Assembly (NCBI GenBank): GCA_964016885.1
Contig: OZ024743.1
Coordinates: 338,396,001 to 338,460,000, forward strand
Source: Eledone cirrhosa
Lineage: Eukaryota
Length of the DNA: 64,000 bases
Direction: 5' to 3'
The position numbers and the translations under genes were made by a program. The notes below the pieces were generated by a model. The model had not been told where the DNA came from. It did no database searches and saw only the letters and a program-made list of their open reading frames with translations. Shown here piece after piece: positions 26,893-42,028 of the stretch (positions are counted from its first letter, which is position 1; every line of letters begins with the position of its first letter).

Positions 26893-27082
26893 TAATTGTT
26901 TCTACTTTTGGCACAAGTCCAGCAATTATCCGAGTGTATTACTAGTACGTACTTTATTTTATCGACCCCGTAAGGATGAAAGGCAAAGTTAATCTCGACG
27001 GGATTTGAACTCAGACCATAAAGAGACATAACTATGCTAGAAAGCATGGCGTCCGACCCTCTACCGATACTGCCAATTCCCC
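26893..27082 (-). mobile_element. SINE family B copy
   Basis: Matches 2618-2795. Confidence 0.8.
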
Positions 27083-27130
27083 GTGATAATGAGTTGTGAT
27101 CATTAGTGTTGTTGTTTAGCCTCAGGTTAA

Positions 27131-27344
27131 CCCTTTATCATTTACATTACTCTATATTTACTATTGTATTTTCACAGTAAAAGCTTTACCTTACATAATT
27201 ATCTCATGTAATCTATGAGATTTTGATATTATTTATTTCGAGAACAATACCTTAACATCAGTATGAGTGGCCAGTTACAGCTGGTTTGTACAGAAAGAGG
27301 TGAAAGAATTCTGGCCAGATAGGGCCAGTTTAAATGCTAAAGGG
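27131..27344. mobile_element. piggyBac-like MITE, family 1
   Basis: TTAA-CCCTTTATCATTTA...TAAATGCTAAAGGG-TTAA. Confidence 0.85.
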
Positions 27345-28031
27345 TTAAACCAGGTTGAGAAGAACTATGATAAAAGACATTTCAACTTGACTAACCTGTC
27401 TTTCTAGTGATATCAAGCACTACATTGTCTAATGTGTCCATTTTTTTTAACGATGATAGATTGTAATTTGAATGTATTTGGCTGCTGTTTCTAACAGGTT
27501 AAACGATCACATAGAGGCTCTCGTGTGGATGGATGGATGAACAGACCAACTGACAGACATGACAATAGATATGTGTGTTTTGCTTCTGTCTCTTGGTATT
27601 TATGTCTAGTACAGGCAATAGTATTTATGTCCCACATAAACAGGTCCCACAGCTCAGCAGTTATACATGCAAGTGAGCACTGACATCAGGAAAGGCATCT
27701 GGCTGTAGAAATCTGCCTCAAAATGTTTTGTCAAGTCCTACTTTATGCTAAACAACTGCAATGTATATTAACCAGTTTGATACCAGCCTGCCTGAAACTG
27801 TCCCTGGTTTCATGCTATAAAACTGCTTGTTTTAAAATGTTTATCCTTATATTAAGACCTTCTGTCAGAATTTTATTCAGGACATTTTTGTTAAGTAATA
27901 TTTCAACGATCAGCTTACTAATTCCTTCAAAACTTAATTCAAACACATTGGCAGTGTGTTTCATTAGAAATACAGTAACAAAAGTATTAATCAAATAGAA
28001 AAATATGCAATCCTGTCTGATAAAATATATA

Positions 28032-28205
28032 CAGGTAAAATTCCGTTATAACGAATACCATTATAACGAATTTTTCAGTACAACAAATTTTTTTTTAATC
28101 CCCGGCCACACACTCGATGAGTTAGGTTGATCTCGTTATAAAGAAATTTTCGTTACAACAAATGTTTTTATATCCCGTGAATTTCATTATAACGGAATTT
28201 TACTG
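28032..28205. mobile_element. Tigger/pogo-like MITE
   Basis: TIRs CAG(G)TAAAATTCCGTTATAA / TTATAACGGAATTTTACTG with TA on both sides; empty-site paralog near 29705-29725. Confidence 0.88.
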
Positions 28206-28290
28206 TATATATAAAAGACAGGTTGCTCACAACTGGAATAACTTTGCTATTAGGTCTACCCAGTCAGGTTAAACAACTATAATGAATGTT

Positions 28291-29365
28291 AATGAGATGT
28301 CATCTGGTGTACCACAGGGATCTGTTCTTGGTCCCCTTCTGTTTGTGGCATATATTAATGACATAGATGCCAACTTAAAGAATGCCATGGTACTGAAATA
28401 TACAGATGACATCAAGCTGTACCTTGAAATCAAAAGGACTGATCCTGAAATCTACAACTCTTTCCTACAATCAGACCTGGACACAATGCAGCAATGGATC
28501 ACAGACTGGCAACTGAAGCTGGCTGTGGACAAGTGTACCACCATGCATTTTGGGAGGAAAAATCCAGCGTCCACATATTCCCTCCACAACACTGATATCA
28601 AGAAGTCCTCTTGTGAACGTGACCTGGGCATTATTGTCAGCAGCGATTTGCGTTGGACAAAGCATGTCTCTAAGATTGTCAAGAAGGCAGAGGGTGTCTT
28701 GGCATCACTCAGCAAGACCCTTGTTAGCCGCTCTCCAGCCATCTATTTAAAGCTGTATACAGCTATGGTACGACCACACTTAGAATTTGCATCATCAGTC
28801 TGGAACCCCTATCTTGCTCAGAACATTGACCTCCTGGAAACTGTTCAGAGACGTGCAACCAAGTGCATACCCTCCATCAGACATCTACCATACTCTGAAC
28901 GCCTTGCTTCCCTGGGCATGGATTCATTGAAGCTCCGACGTCTGGCAATGGACTTGGTAAACACCCACAAAGTTATTAACCATCTCGCCAACAACAACCC
29001 TGAGCATCTTTTTGATCTCCATGTGTCTAACACACGTGGACATGCCTACAAAATCAGAAAACAGCACAGCTCCCATGACTTTCTGAAACATTTTTTCACG
29101 CTCAGAGTTGCTGAAGCATGGAACAAACTGCCTGCATCAGTTGTTAGCTGCCGAGACACTGCATCTTTTAAAACCTTCATGCTTCCCAAAATTCGCCAAA
29201 ACTACACCTGATGTACCCCTTCCATACATATGTGTATATCATTACTCATGCACTGTTCATTTTCCTGACGTTTGTGCATTACCCTATGTACTATACATAC
29301 ACTTTTTGATGAGTTGTAGTGCACCTGAGCACTGTACACAATATTTCATTATTATTATTATTATT
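28291..29365 (+). mobile_element. 5'-truncated CR1-type LINE with open RT C-terminal frame and (ATT)n tail
   Basis: SGVPQGSVLGPLLFVAYINDI, KYTDDIKL, ERDLGI, VRPHLEFASSVWNP, LETVQRRATK, TRGH; probable ttaatg target duplication. Confidence 0.92.
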
Positions 29366-30295
29366 AATGCTTTTGATACTAACCCACCCCTGCTTGTAAA
29401 TAATAAAACTACACATTTTAAAATGTCCATACCAATATTATGTTTGCAACAAAATGGACTTTCCTAAATGCACCCAAGGACCAGGTGGTGGATCAAAAAC
29501 TTTCCATCCTAATTTTATTTAAGTGATGATGATGATGATGATAAAATGTTTATGAAGTAAGGCTCCAAACATCAACTTAATGAAAGGGTTAGTTGTTTTA
29601 TTGAATTCCTAAAAAAAATAACAGAAACACATTGGCAGTATGTTTCATTAGAAATATGGTAACTAAAAGGGTTTTAAAAATGGAAGAATATGTAATTCCT
29701 ATAAGTGAAAATATATATAAAAGACGGGCAGCTCACAGCTGGAATATCTTTGCTGTTAAGTCTGCCAGTCAGGTTTGGTTTTAGGGTAAACAGCTGCAAT
29801 GAATGTTAAAGAAGGAGAAATAGGAAGAAAAAAAGATGATAGTGTTGCCAATGGCAACAGTGGTTCCTAGTGAACTTCCTTTAGTTCTGCATCAGTAACC
29901 TCATGGCATCAAAGTATAATACTGTGAAGTCATATAAACAATGATTTCTAACTTAAACACAAGTCCAACAATTTTTTGACCCAAGTACTTTATTTTACTG
30001 ACCCCCAGAATATAAAAGGTTCTCACTCACTCACTCACTCACTCACTCACTCACAGGTTTTAGCTAAATGAAATGCACTGAAGTAACTAACAACATGAAC
30101 AACAATGAAATCATCATTCATCATCACTACTTAACATTGTTTTGTTTTTTTCCCATGTTGGTATGGGTTGGATGGATGATCGTAGACCAAGTCAATATTT
30201 AATTGGAGCTACTGTACTCTCAGACAGGCTGGGAGCTGCATCTTATTTGCATAAATTATGGTACTTTACAGAGTGTGCTGAGAGCATTGTGAAGG

Positions 30296-30600
30296 TACGT
30301 GGCTTAATGGTTAGAGCATCGGGCTTACAATTGTGAAGTTGTGAGTTTGATTCTCGGACCGGGCTTTGCATTGTATTCTTGAGCAAGACACTTTATTTCA
30401 TGTTGCTCCAGTTCATTCAGCTATAGAAATGGGAGTTGCACATCACTGGTGCCCATCTGTATCGGTCACTGCCTTTCCCTTGGACAACATCGGTGGTGTG
30501 GAGAGGAGAGACTGGTATGCATGGGCGACTGATGGTCTTCCACAAACAACCTTGCCTAGACTTGTGCCTTGGAGAACTTTCTAGGTACAAATCCCATGGT
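30296..30600 (+). mobile_element. tRNA-derived SINE (family A-like head, different tail)
   Basis: gtggcttaatggttagagc..gtgagtttgattctcgg..ttgagcaagacactttatttc. Confidence 0.75.
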
Positions 30601-30820
30601 TATTCGTTACTGAAGTGTATTTTATACTGAGTGTATTTTATCAGAGCACTAACACTAAGTAGATTGTCATGCTTTTGACAACTGAACAGTCTTCTCAACC
30701 CCTTTGTGTAAGTTTTCTACGGCGGCTCGATACAATTCTTAACACAAACCCCTACACAAAGTTTACTGGGAGCCTTTCCTTATGGCACCATAATATAAAT
30801 AGTATAAAACACAACATTAA

Positions 30821-31022
30821 CCCTTTAGCATTTACATTATATTTACTATTGTATAATCATGGTAAAGGCTTTATCTCCCAATCTCGAGTTTACGAGGTTT
30901 TGATGATATTATTGTTTATCTTAAGAACAATATCTTAACATCAGTGTGAACAGCTGGTTACGGCTGGTTTCAAAAGGGGGAAATAATTCTGGCTGGACAC
31001 ATCTGGTTTAAATGCTAAAGGG
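30821..31022. mobile_element. piggyBac-like MITE, family 1
   Basis: TTAA-CCCTTTAGCATTTA...TAAATGCTAAAGGG-TTAA. Confidence 0.88.
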
Positions 31023-31409
31023 TTAATAACTGAAGTGTTTTCTTGAATACTATAAATTTTCAGAACTCTTTGGCACTTAATAATCATCACCATCATCATC
31101 ACAATTTAACGTCTATTTTCCATGCTTGCATGGGTTAGCCAGGATGTCACATACTGAGGCTAAAATGCATTTTATCAGAGCACCAACACTAAGGAGATTG
31201 TCATTCTCTTGACAACTGAGGATTCTTCTCAACTCTTTCTTGGGCAAGTTTTTTTTTCAGCTAGATACAATTCCTAACAAAACCCTATACAATGGTGGGA
31301 TGCCCTTCCTTACTAGAAACATTTGAATTAACAAACCCATTTTTAGACTTTTTCTGTTAAATAATTACAGGATTTAAAGAGTTGATAAACGCATAGCACT
31401 AAATATAAG

Positions 31410-31655
31410 GTGGAAGAAAGAAAGAAAAAAAGCAGCAAAAGAAAGAAAAAAAGCAGCGAAAGAAAGAAAAAAAACAGCGAAAGAAAGAAAAAAAGCAGCG
31501 AAAGAAAGAAGCAACGAAAAAAAGAAAGAAGCAACGAAAAAAGAAAGAAAGAAGAATGAAAGAAAGCAACAAAAGAAAGAAGCAATGAAAGAAAGAAGCA
31601 ATGAAAGAAAGAAAGAAAGAAAGAAGCAACAAAAGAAAGAAGCAATGAAAGAAAT
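31410..31655. repeat. (AAAG)-based purine tract
   Basis: Direct reading. Confidence 0.9.
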
Positions 31656-31884
31656 GACCATCACAGCTGAAATGCTTTTGATCCACATGATCAAGGCTAA
31701 TCTGTGATTAAATACCCACAGACCTATCTTTATCTGAAAGCAGTCAATAGGAAATATAGATAACTTTAATTCTACATGTATGTATGGACCTGTAAGCCCT
31801 GGTGGAGTCGTAAAGGGTGACATCATGATATGTCATACCTTACACATTCTTTAAACCTGGCAGAGTCTATACCCTCTACAACTA

Positions 31885-32310
31885 GAGAGAAAAGAGAGAG
31901 AGAGAGAAGGGGTGTGAGAGAAATAGAGAGAAGGGGTGAGAGAGAAAGAGAGAGAGAAGGGGTGAGAGAGAAAGAGAGAGAGAAGGGGTGAGAGAGAAAG
32001 AGAGAGAGAAGGGGGTGAGAGAGAAAGAGAGAGAAGGGGGTGAGAGAGAAAGAGAGGAAGGGGTGAGAGAGAAAGAGAGCAAGGGGGTGAGAGAGAAAGA
32101 GAGAAAGAGAGCAAGGGGTGAGAGAGAAAGAGAGCAAGGGGGTGAGAGAGAAAGAGAGAAAGAGAGCAAGGGGGTGATAGAGAAAGAGAGCAAGGGAGTG
32201 AGAGAGAGAGAGGGGGTGAGAGACAAAGAGAGCAAGGGAGTGAGAGAGAGAGGGGGTGAGAAAGAGAGAGAGGGGGTGAAAGAGAGATAGTGAAAAAGAG
32301 ATATAGAAGA
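31885..32310. repeat. GA-rich minisatellite (aggggtgagagagaaagagagaga)
   Basis: Direct reading. Confidence 0.9.
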
Positions 32311-32879
32311 AAAAAATGACCTCAGTACCAAGCTGGTACACTTTTTAGTGACCTCACAAAAGATTAAAAGGCAATGTTGACCTCAGCAAAATTTGAACTG
32401 AGAGAGAGCAGAGAGCTGAATCTAATGCCATAAAGCATTTGGTTCAACTGTCTAAAGTCTCTGTCAATTCACCATCCTTAATTCTATATAGAAAAACAAA
32501 AGGAAAGGAACATTACTGCTGGAATGTCTTTCATTATAGATCTGCTCTGACAGGGTTGGTCTGGGGCTAAACAACAACAGGAGTTGAAAATGCTGAAGAT
32601 CTGGGGAGAAAAAGATGTATATGGTTCATTATAATATGTGTGAGTTGTTAACTTTGTTACTATATTTCTAATGAAAGACTCTACTCTCCGGTCCCAAATA
32701 ATAAGGGGGAGGGGAATAAGCGGGGGTGTTGGGGATGGAATAAGCTGTAATTTTTCTAGGTTGTTTCCATTGGGTTTTTTATTTAAACCAGAATTAGTCG
32801 TTTATGGGACCCAACCCATCCAATTTATTTTACAGTGTATGGGATTTCTTGTAATGTACTTTTTATTTTTGCTTTTTAA

Positions 32880-33100
32880 CCCTTTAGCATTTAAACTGGC
32901 CGTATCCGGCCAGAATTCTCTCACCTCCTTCTGTTCAAACCGGCCATAACTGGCTGCTCATACCCATATTAAGGTATTGTTCTCAAAATAAATAATATCA
33001 AAATCTCATAGATGCGATATTATGTAAGATAATTATGTGAGGTAAAGCCTTTACCATGACAATACTATAATAAATATAGAGTAATACAAATGCTAAAGGG
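32880..33100. mobile_element. piggyBac-like MITE, family 1, opposite orientation
   Basis: TTAA-CCCTTTAGCATTT...AAATGCTAAAGGG-TTAA; body is the reverse complement of 27131-27344. Confidence 0.88.
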
Positions 33101-33742
33101 TTAATGTCTAAAGAAAATTAATTGTGGCAAGAATGTGCCCACTTAAAATAAAATTTTGCTGGAGATAGATTAACAAAATTTAATAAACGGAGGAGAGGAG
33201 TCTGAAAAATTGATAAGTGGGGGTGAGACAATTATTTGATACTCAAGACATATACATATACACAGGCTTTAGGAAGGGCATTCAGTTATATCTTGAATTC
33301 ATTTGGAAAATTATTAATTTGCAGGGATTCAGCAATATAACCGACTTTCTCATTATTAAACTGGTGTTTTGGAGCATAACTTAACAAAGGTTCCTAGATA
33401 AAATTATGATTAAAAGTTTTTAGATAAATATAAAGATTTTTAAACACACAGTTTTGTATCAAAGAACCAAATGTGGTTTTAGGAGGTTTAAATAAAGTTG
33501 ACATCAGCAAATGATTTGATGGGAAGATAAATATACTCTTATTAACTTAGTAGAGCAAAACATATCTCTCTCGAATACTGGAATACACATGGATATTGAG
33601 ATATACACAGACATACCTATACATAAATTTACGCACTTAACCCCCACACGCATGCACACAAAATAATTCCAATACAGACAAGTCACAAACACACACACTC
33701 ATACAACACACATGTGAAAATACAATCCTTATGTTTATTTTG

Positions 33743-33776
<34 letters not shown>

Positions 33777-34039
33777 CAAAACTTGTATAATTGATACTCT
33801 GAACTAAGGTGCATTGACCTTTTTTATTGAGAAACACGATCATTACATATTTAATATGTATCGATACCTTCACACACACACATATACACACACACGGGCT
33901 TTAGGAAGGGCATTCAGTTATAGAAACCAAGCCAGAAACAGTTCTGTATGAGCAAGACATGGTCACGTGACCCAACTTGCCTCAAGCGGGACAACCCGTC
34001 TAACCCAAGCTAGCATAGAAAATAGACGTTAAAATATGA

Positions 34040-36704
<2,665 letters not shown>

Positions 36705-36818
36705 AAACAAAATGAAAGCGAAATTTCATTTCTCACTCTTCGTATGGCACTTACTTAAATGTAAGTATGCATGTATACGTACATACATATATGTATACAG
36801 ACGTACAGTAGCATGCAC

Positions 36819-36859
<41 letters not shown>

Positions 36860-37018
36860 CATATGCATACAGGTACACATACATATATGCACGTATCAGT
36901 TTAGCGGCGCTTATTATAACGTCGCTTTGTTCGTTTGTAAACAAACTGAACAGCCTGAATTTATGCCATACGGTGTTAAGGCAACCACGTCACCTTTTTG
37001 TTCAACACTGACACAGGA

Positions 37019-37061
37019 ACGATGTACTAGTTTCAAGCTTGTTAGCTATCATCAGCACCAT
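37019..37061 (-). ncRNA. Minimal type I hammerhead ribozyme, unit 1
   Basis: atggtg-CTGATGA-t-agct-aaca-agct-t-GAAA-ctag-TA|catcgt. Confidence 0.85.
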
Positions 37062-37299
37062 TTACCCATCTGCCAGATAGTTGAACGTTCGAAAGTATAT
37101 ACTTTCCTTATGAAAATTAACGGCTGAGCAGCCTAATTTGCATATTGAGTGAGTTAAATCGGTCAGGCATACCGAAAACGATAAATTGAAACAAAATGAA
37201 AGCGAAATTTCATTTCTCACTCTTCGTATGGCACTTACTTAAATGTAAGTATGCATGTATACATACATACATATATGTATACAGACGTACAGTAGCATG

Positions 37300-37375
<76 letters not shown>

Positions 37376-37534
37376 CATATGCATACAGGTACACATACAT
37401 ATATGCACGTATCAGTTTAGCGGCGCTTATTATAACGTCGCTTTGTTCGTTTGTAAACAAACTGAACAGCCTGAATTTATGCCATACGGTGTTAAGGCAA
37501 CCACGTCACCTTTTTGTTCAACACTGACACAGGA

Positions 37535-37577
37535 ACGATGTACTAGTTTCAAGCTTGTTAGCTATCATCAGCACCGT
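37535..37577 (-). ncRNA. Minimal type I hammerhead ribozyme, unit 2
   Basis: acggtg-CTGATGA-t-agct-aaca-agct-t-GAAA-ctag-TA|catcgt. Confidence 0.87.
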
Positions 37578-37815
37578 TTACCCATCTGCCAGATAGTTGA
37601 ACGTTCAAAAGTATATACTTTCCTTATGAAAATTAACGGCTGAGCAGCCTAATTTGCATATTGAGTGAGTTAAATCGGTCAGGCATACCGAAAACGATAA
37701 ATTGAAACAAAATGAAAGCGAAATTTCATTTCTCACTCTTCGTATGGCATTTACTTAAATGTAAGTATGCATGTATACGTACATACATATATGTATACAG
37801 ACGTACAGTAGCATG

Positions 37816-37853
<38 letters not shown>

Positions 37854-38032
37854 TATTGAAACTAGTACATCGTTCCTGTGTCAGTGTTGAACAAAAAGGT
37901 GACGTGGTTGCCTTAACACCGTATGGCATAAATTCAGGCTGTTCAGTTTGTTTACAAACGAACAAAGCGACGTTATAATAAGCGCCGCTAAACTGATACG
38001 TGCATATATGTATGTGTACCTGTATGCATATG

Positions 38033-38064
<32 letters not shown>

Positions 38065-38123
38065 TGTGCATGCTACTGTACGTCTGTATACATATATGTA
38101 TGTACGTATACATGCATACTTAC

Positions 38124-38192
<69 letters not shown>

Positions 38193-38314
38193 CATGTAAA
38201 GTTATATTTAAAATTGTTGGGTTACAACTAGTAAATATTTATAAACCTCTTCAAATGAAGTTGATGTTTATTACGGTATGTCGAATATATTTATCTATAA
38301 AACTGTTTATATTG

Positions 38315-38380
38315 TATTTTGTCTGATGAAGGCATAGCATATTGTTAATATGATATCCCCGAAATATATATAATGAAATA
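38315..38380 (+). ncRNA. Type I hammerhead ribozyme in a probable PLE 3' remnant (38195-38425)
   Basis: tattttgt-CTGATGA-aggcatagcatatt-gtt-aatatgatatcccc-GAAA-tatata-TA|atgaaata; stem II has mismatches. Confidence 0.72.
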
Positions 38381-38430
38381 AATATGGTTTTATAAATATA
38401 GTTTTCCATTTATTTAATATTGTATATATT

Positions 38431-38505
<75 letters not shown>

Positions 38506-38513
38506 ATATATAT

Positions 38514-39140
38514 ATCATCATCATCATCATCATCATCAACGTTTAACGTCCGTGTTCCATGCTTGCATGGGTTTGGACGGGGGTAGTCCCACTTGAGGCA
38601 AGAGTGATTGTCTTGCTCGCATAGGACTGTCTGGCAGGTTTTCTACAGTTGGATGCCCTTCCTAACACCAACCACATTTACAGTGTGGGTCTGGGAGGTT
38701 CTTTACCGTGTTGCCTACACGGCCACATTACAGCGTGGACTGTGTGTTTTTTTGTCGTGACACCTACACGATCTCATTTGTTTCGGCCTCGATGGCGCGG
38801 CACCAACATAACTTTACATAGAACGGGGTGGTGTGGATCGGGTGGGGGTGGTGGGACGGGGTGTATTTTGTTAGAGATGCCTACTGGCTGGAGTAGGTTT
38901 TACTATATATTTAGGTAAGGCGGGTCTTCTCTGTTACTGAGTACCGCCAAAGGTCTCGGTCCAGTGACATTGTCTTGGAGAGGTGTAAGTGTGTGATGTC
39001 GGAGTTTATCAGCTCGTCCCAGGTTTTTCTAGGTCTGCCTATTCCGTGACTACCGTCTATCTTTATTGCCCTGCACTTTGTTATACAGCTATCGACTTTC
39101 ATGCGCATCACGTGTCCATACCAACGTAGCCTTCTCTCGA
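38514..39140 (-). mobile_element. 3' fragment of the RTE LINE
   Basis: MRMKVDSCITKCRAIKIDGSHGIGRPRKTWDE, 3'UTR and (GAT)n tail matching 22015-22632. Confidence 0.92.
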
Positions 39141-39141
39141 G

Positions 39142-39199
<58 letters not shown>

Positions 39200-39205
<6 letters not shown>

Positions 39206-39425
39206 TAAACGGAATAGAAAATGCTGACAAATTGTTCACAGTGAAAAATAGTTTAATTAGGAATAAATGAGAATTAGTAATTGTATTGGTTAGTATTCAG
39301 TTTTGGTTTTAAGTTTTACCGGTTGCGCATTTCTAAATGCTTTTCAAAAATAATTTTGAGATAGAGCGTCCGTGATGTTTGCTCTGATCAATTTGTCAGC
39401 ATTTTCTATTCCATTTACCAATATA
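39200..39425. repeat. Fold-back element (~45-bp arms) in (TA)n
   Basis: attggtaaacggaatagaaaatgctgacaaattg vs caatttgtcagcattttctattccatttaccaat. Confidence 0.85.
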
Positions 39426-39579
39426 TAATAACTTGTGTGTTACACCTCTATTCTTTTAACTATATATATATATATTTATATATATTTATCATCATTTCAT
39501 TTTTACGTCCGCTTTTCCCTGCTTGCAAGGGTGGGACGGGAACTGATTCTGGCTTGATTTCTACAGCTGGATGCCCTTT

Positions 39580-40432
39580 CAGTCTTGAGCCTGTTAATAA
39601 TGGACAATGCTTTCTCACTGATTACATTTAAAGACAGAGGCATATTTTGACGATTTTAGTCGTCTATCCAAATTTTGAGCAACCTTTCCATCCTATCCAT
39701 AATCGGCTCACAATGTTTGGTCAACAATTTACTCTGTAGATTCGTAGCATTCTCCCCAGCTTTTTTGACAACCTCACTATTTTTTAAAACAATCCTGACT
39801 GTAGACTGGGCTAGGCCTAAGTTACGACTTATGGCGGACGTACCTTGCCCCTGTTCTTTCCTTTTCAAAATGTCCAGCTTTATCTTCAAAGTCAGGCTCT
39901 TCCTCGTGCGTTTGGCCTTTCCATCTGCATCAACAATATTCGTAGGACGTTTTGGAGCCATGAGATATGGGGTTAGAAGATATGCCGTGATAATTATGCT
40001 GCAAAAACATGCCGTCGGGTTTTCTCTTACTTTGAATGACGTTATAACTCTTAACTGATTACTTCAGTTTGGCAAAAATTCTCTCACTAAGAGGACACGC
40101 TAGTTTGCCGAACTGAAGTGATCAGTTGATAGTTATGACGTCATCGACCGATATCTGAACTTGCTCGTGATTGACCAGTTTCTCTGTAAGGTCAGTTAGT
40201 ACGATAGCAGTAGTAACACAATTTTCCTACAATTCGAATTGCAGTCAGTTTCCACGAATTCAAGGGGGAATTTATTGCTTACTACAGGGGGCGCTACGGT
40301 ACAATATAAACAAAACACCACCAAAAACCATATCTGATTTTTTTTTACCGTAAATAGAATTGATGGTAGTAATTACCCAAAACCGTATCTGTGAATTTAC
40401 CGGATAAAGAACTACCATATGTCAAGGACCCA

Positions 40433-40435
<3 letters not shown>
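39580..40435 (-). mobile_element. Tigger/pogo DNA transposon 5' fragment (one end plus CENP-B-type HTH)
   Basis: ORF 39656-39961 RKSLTLKIKLDILKR..GTSAISRNLGLAQSTVRIVLKN..MERLLKIWIDD; terminus TA|CAGTGGGTCCTTGAC at 40435; no DDE domain. Confidence 0.85.
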
Positions 40436-40464
<29 letters not shown>

Positions 40465-40469
<5 letters not shown>

Positions 40470-40683
40470 TGTAATAAACAACATAAGGCAATTATTCCAT
40501 TTACCAGTGGTTTCTTAAAAGCAAAAAATTTTGCTTTCAATCCTCAGAATGAAAAATCCTGGTCTGTTTATTGAATTTGGATTTTTACTAAAAATCCAAA
40601 TTCAATAAACAGACCAGGATTTCTTCATTTTAAGAAACCACTGGTAAATGGAATAATTGCCTTATGTTGTTTATTACATAACT
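40465..40683. repeat. Near-perfect ~220-bp palindrome in (TA)n
   Basis: Centre ggattttt-act-aaaaatcc near 40588; arms pair except a ~29-nt segment absent from the right arm. Confidence 0.92.
40496..40553 (-). ncRNA. Complete type I hammerhead ribozyme
   Basis: ttcatt-CTGAGGA-ttgaaagcaaaa-tt-ttttgcttttaa-GAAA-ccactgg-TA|aatgga; all three stems pair; GUA site. Confidence 0.85.
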
Positions 40684-40750
40684 ATTAAGCTCTGTTACCT
40701 ACATAGAGCACTCTTTTTTCATGGACTTTTCCGACGGAATTACTTCATTT

Positions 40751-40798
<48 letters not shown>

Positions 40799-40960
40799 CG
40801 ATAAAATAAAGTACCAGTAATACACTGGGTAGTTGCTGGCCTTGTGTCAAAAGTAGAAACAATTATATATATATATATATATACATTATATATATATACA
40901 TTATATATACATATATATATACATTATATATATATGTATATGTATATGTATATATATATA

Positions 40961-41072
40961 CATACTACTGTACGTCTGTATACATATATGTATGTACGTA
41001 TAGATACTTATATTTAAGTAACAGCCGTACTAAGAGTGAGAAATGAAATTTCGTTTCATTTTTTCCGTTCAT
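40961..41072 (+). repeat. Diverged fragment of the 36.7-38.1 kb repeat unit
   Basis: ctactgtacgtctgtatacatatatg...aagagtgagaaatgaaatttcg matches the unit's minus strand. Confidence 0.8.
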
Positions 41073-41082
41073 TATATATATA

Positions 41083-41270
41083 GGGTGGATTAGCAGTATC
41101 AGTAGAGGGTCGGACGCCATGCTTTCCAGCATAGTTACGTCCCTTTACGATCTGAGTTCAAATACCCGCGCAAGGTTGACTTTGCCTTTCATCCTTACGG
41201 GGTCGATAAAATAAAGTACCAGTAATGCACTGGTTATTGCTGGCCTTGTGCCTAAAGTAGAAACAATTAT
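41083..41270 (+). mobile_element. SINE family B (tRNA-like head)
   Basis: tagcagtatcagtag..ctgagttcaaatac..ttgactttgcctttcatccttacggggtcgataaaataaagtacc; many decayed copies across 300-32470. Confidence 0.8.
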
Positions 41271-41376
41271 ATATATAGATATATATATATATTATATATA
41301 TATATATATACATTATAAATATATATATATACATTATATATATATATATATATATATATACATTATATATATATAC

Positions 41377-41415
<39 letters not shown>

Positions 41416-41508
41416 TATATATATATATATATATATACATTATATATATATAATATATATATATATACATTATATATATATAATATATGTATATATATAT
41501 ATATATAT

Positions 41509-41542
<34 letters not shown>

Positions 41543-41599
41543 AATATATATATATATACATTATATATATATAATATATGTATATATATATATATATAT

Positions 41600-41698
<99 letters not shown>

Positions 41699-41699
41699 A

Positions 41700-41737
<38 letters not shown>

Positions 41738-41806
41738 TATATATATATATATACATTATATATATATACATTATATATATATATATATATATACATTATA
41801 TATATA
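41270..41806. repeat. Interrupted (TA)n
   Basis: Direct reading. Confidence 0.95.
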
Positions 41807-42028
41807 TCATCATCATCATCATTTTACGACCGCTTTTCCCTGCTTGCAAGGGTGGGACGGGTCTTATTCAGCACAGCATCTCTCCACTCGTCACGGTCCC
41901 TTGTCATCATCCACCGTGAGCTTCAATGATCTGAAGTCTGTTCTCACCACCTCCGCCCATGTTTTTTGTGGTCTACCTCTACCACGTCTTCCTTCAACTG
42001 GCAATTCCTGGCACTTCTTCACCCATCG
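41807..42028 (-). mobile_element. 3' end of another RTE subfamily running into the gap
   Basis: WVKKCQELPVEGRRGRGRPQKTWAEVV; (GAT)n tail. Confidence 0.85.

Larger units (their letters stand above)
36701..38127 (-). mobile_element. Tandem ~485-516-bp non-coding units with one hammerhead each plus an inverted partial copy (retrozyme-like or PLE pLTR array)
   Basis: attgaaacaaaatgaaagcg recurs at ~36701, ~37185, ~37701; inverted copy 37856-38127. Confidence 0.8.

Noticed and set aside
39656-39961. Domesticated TIGD/CENP-B host gene
   Set aside because: Stops after the HTH, lacks DDE domain and retains a transposon terminus
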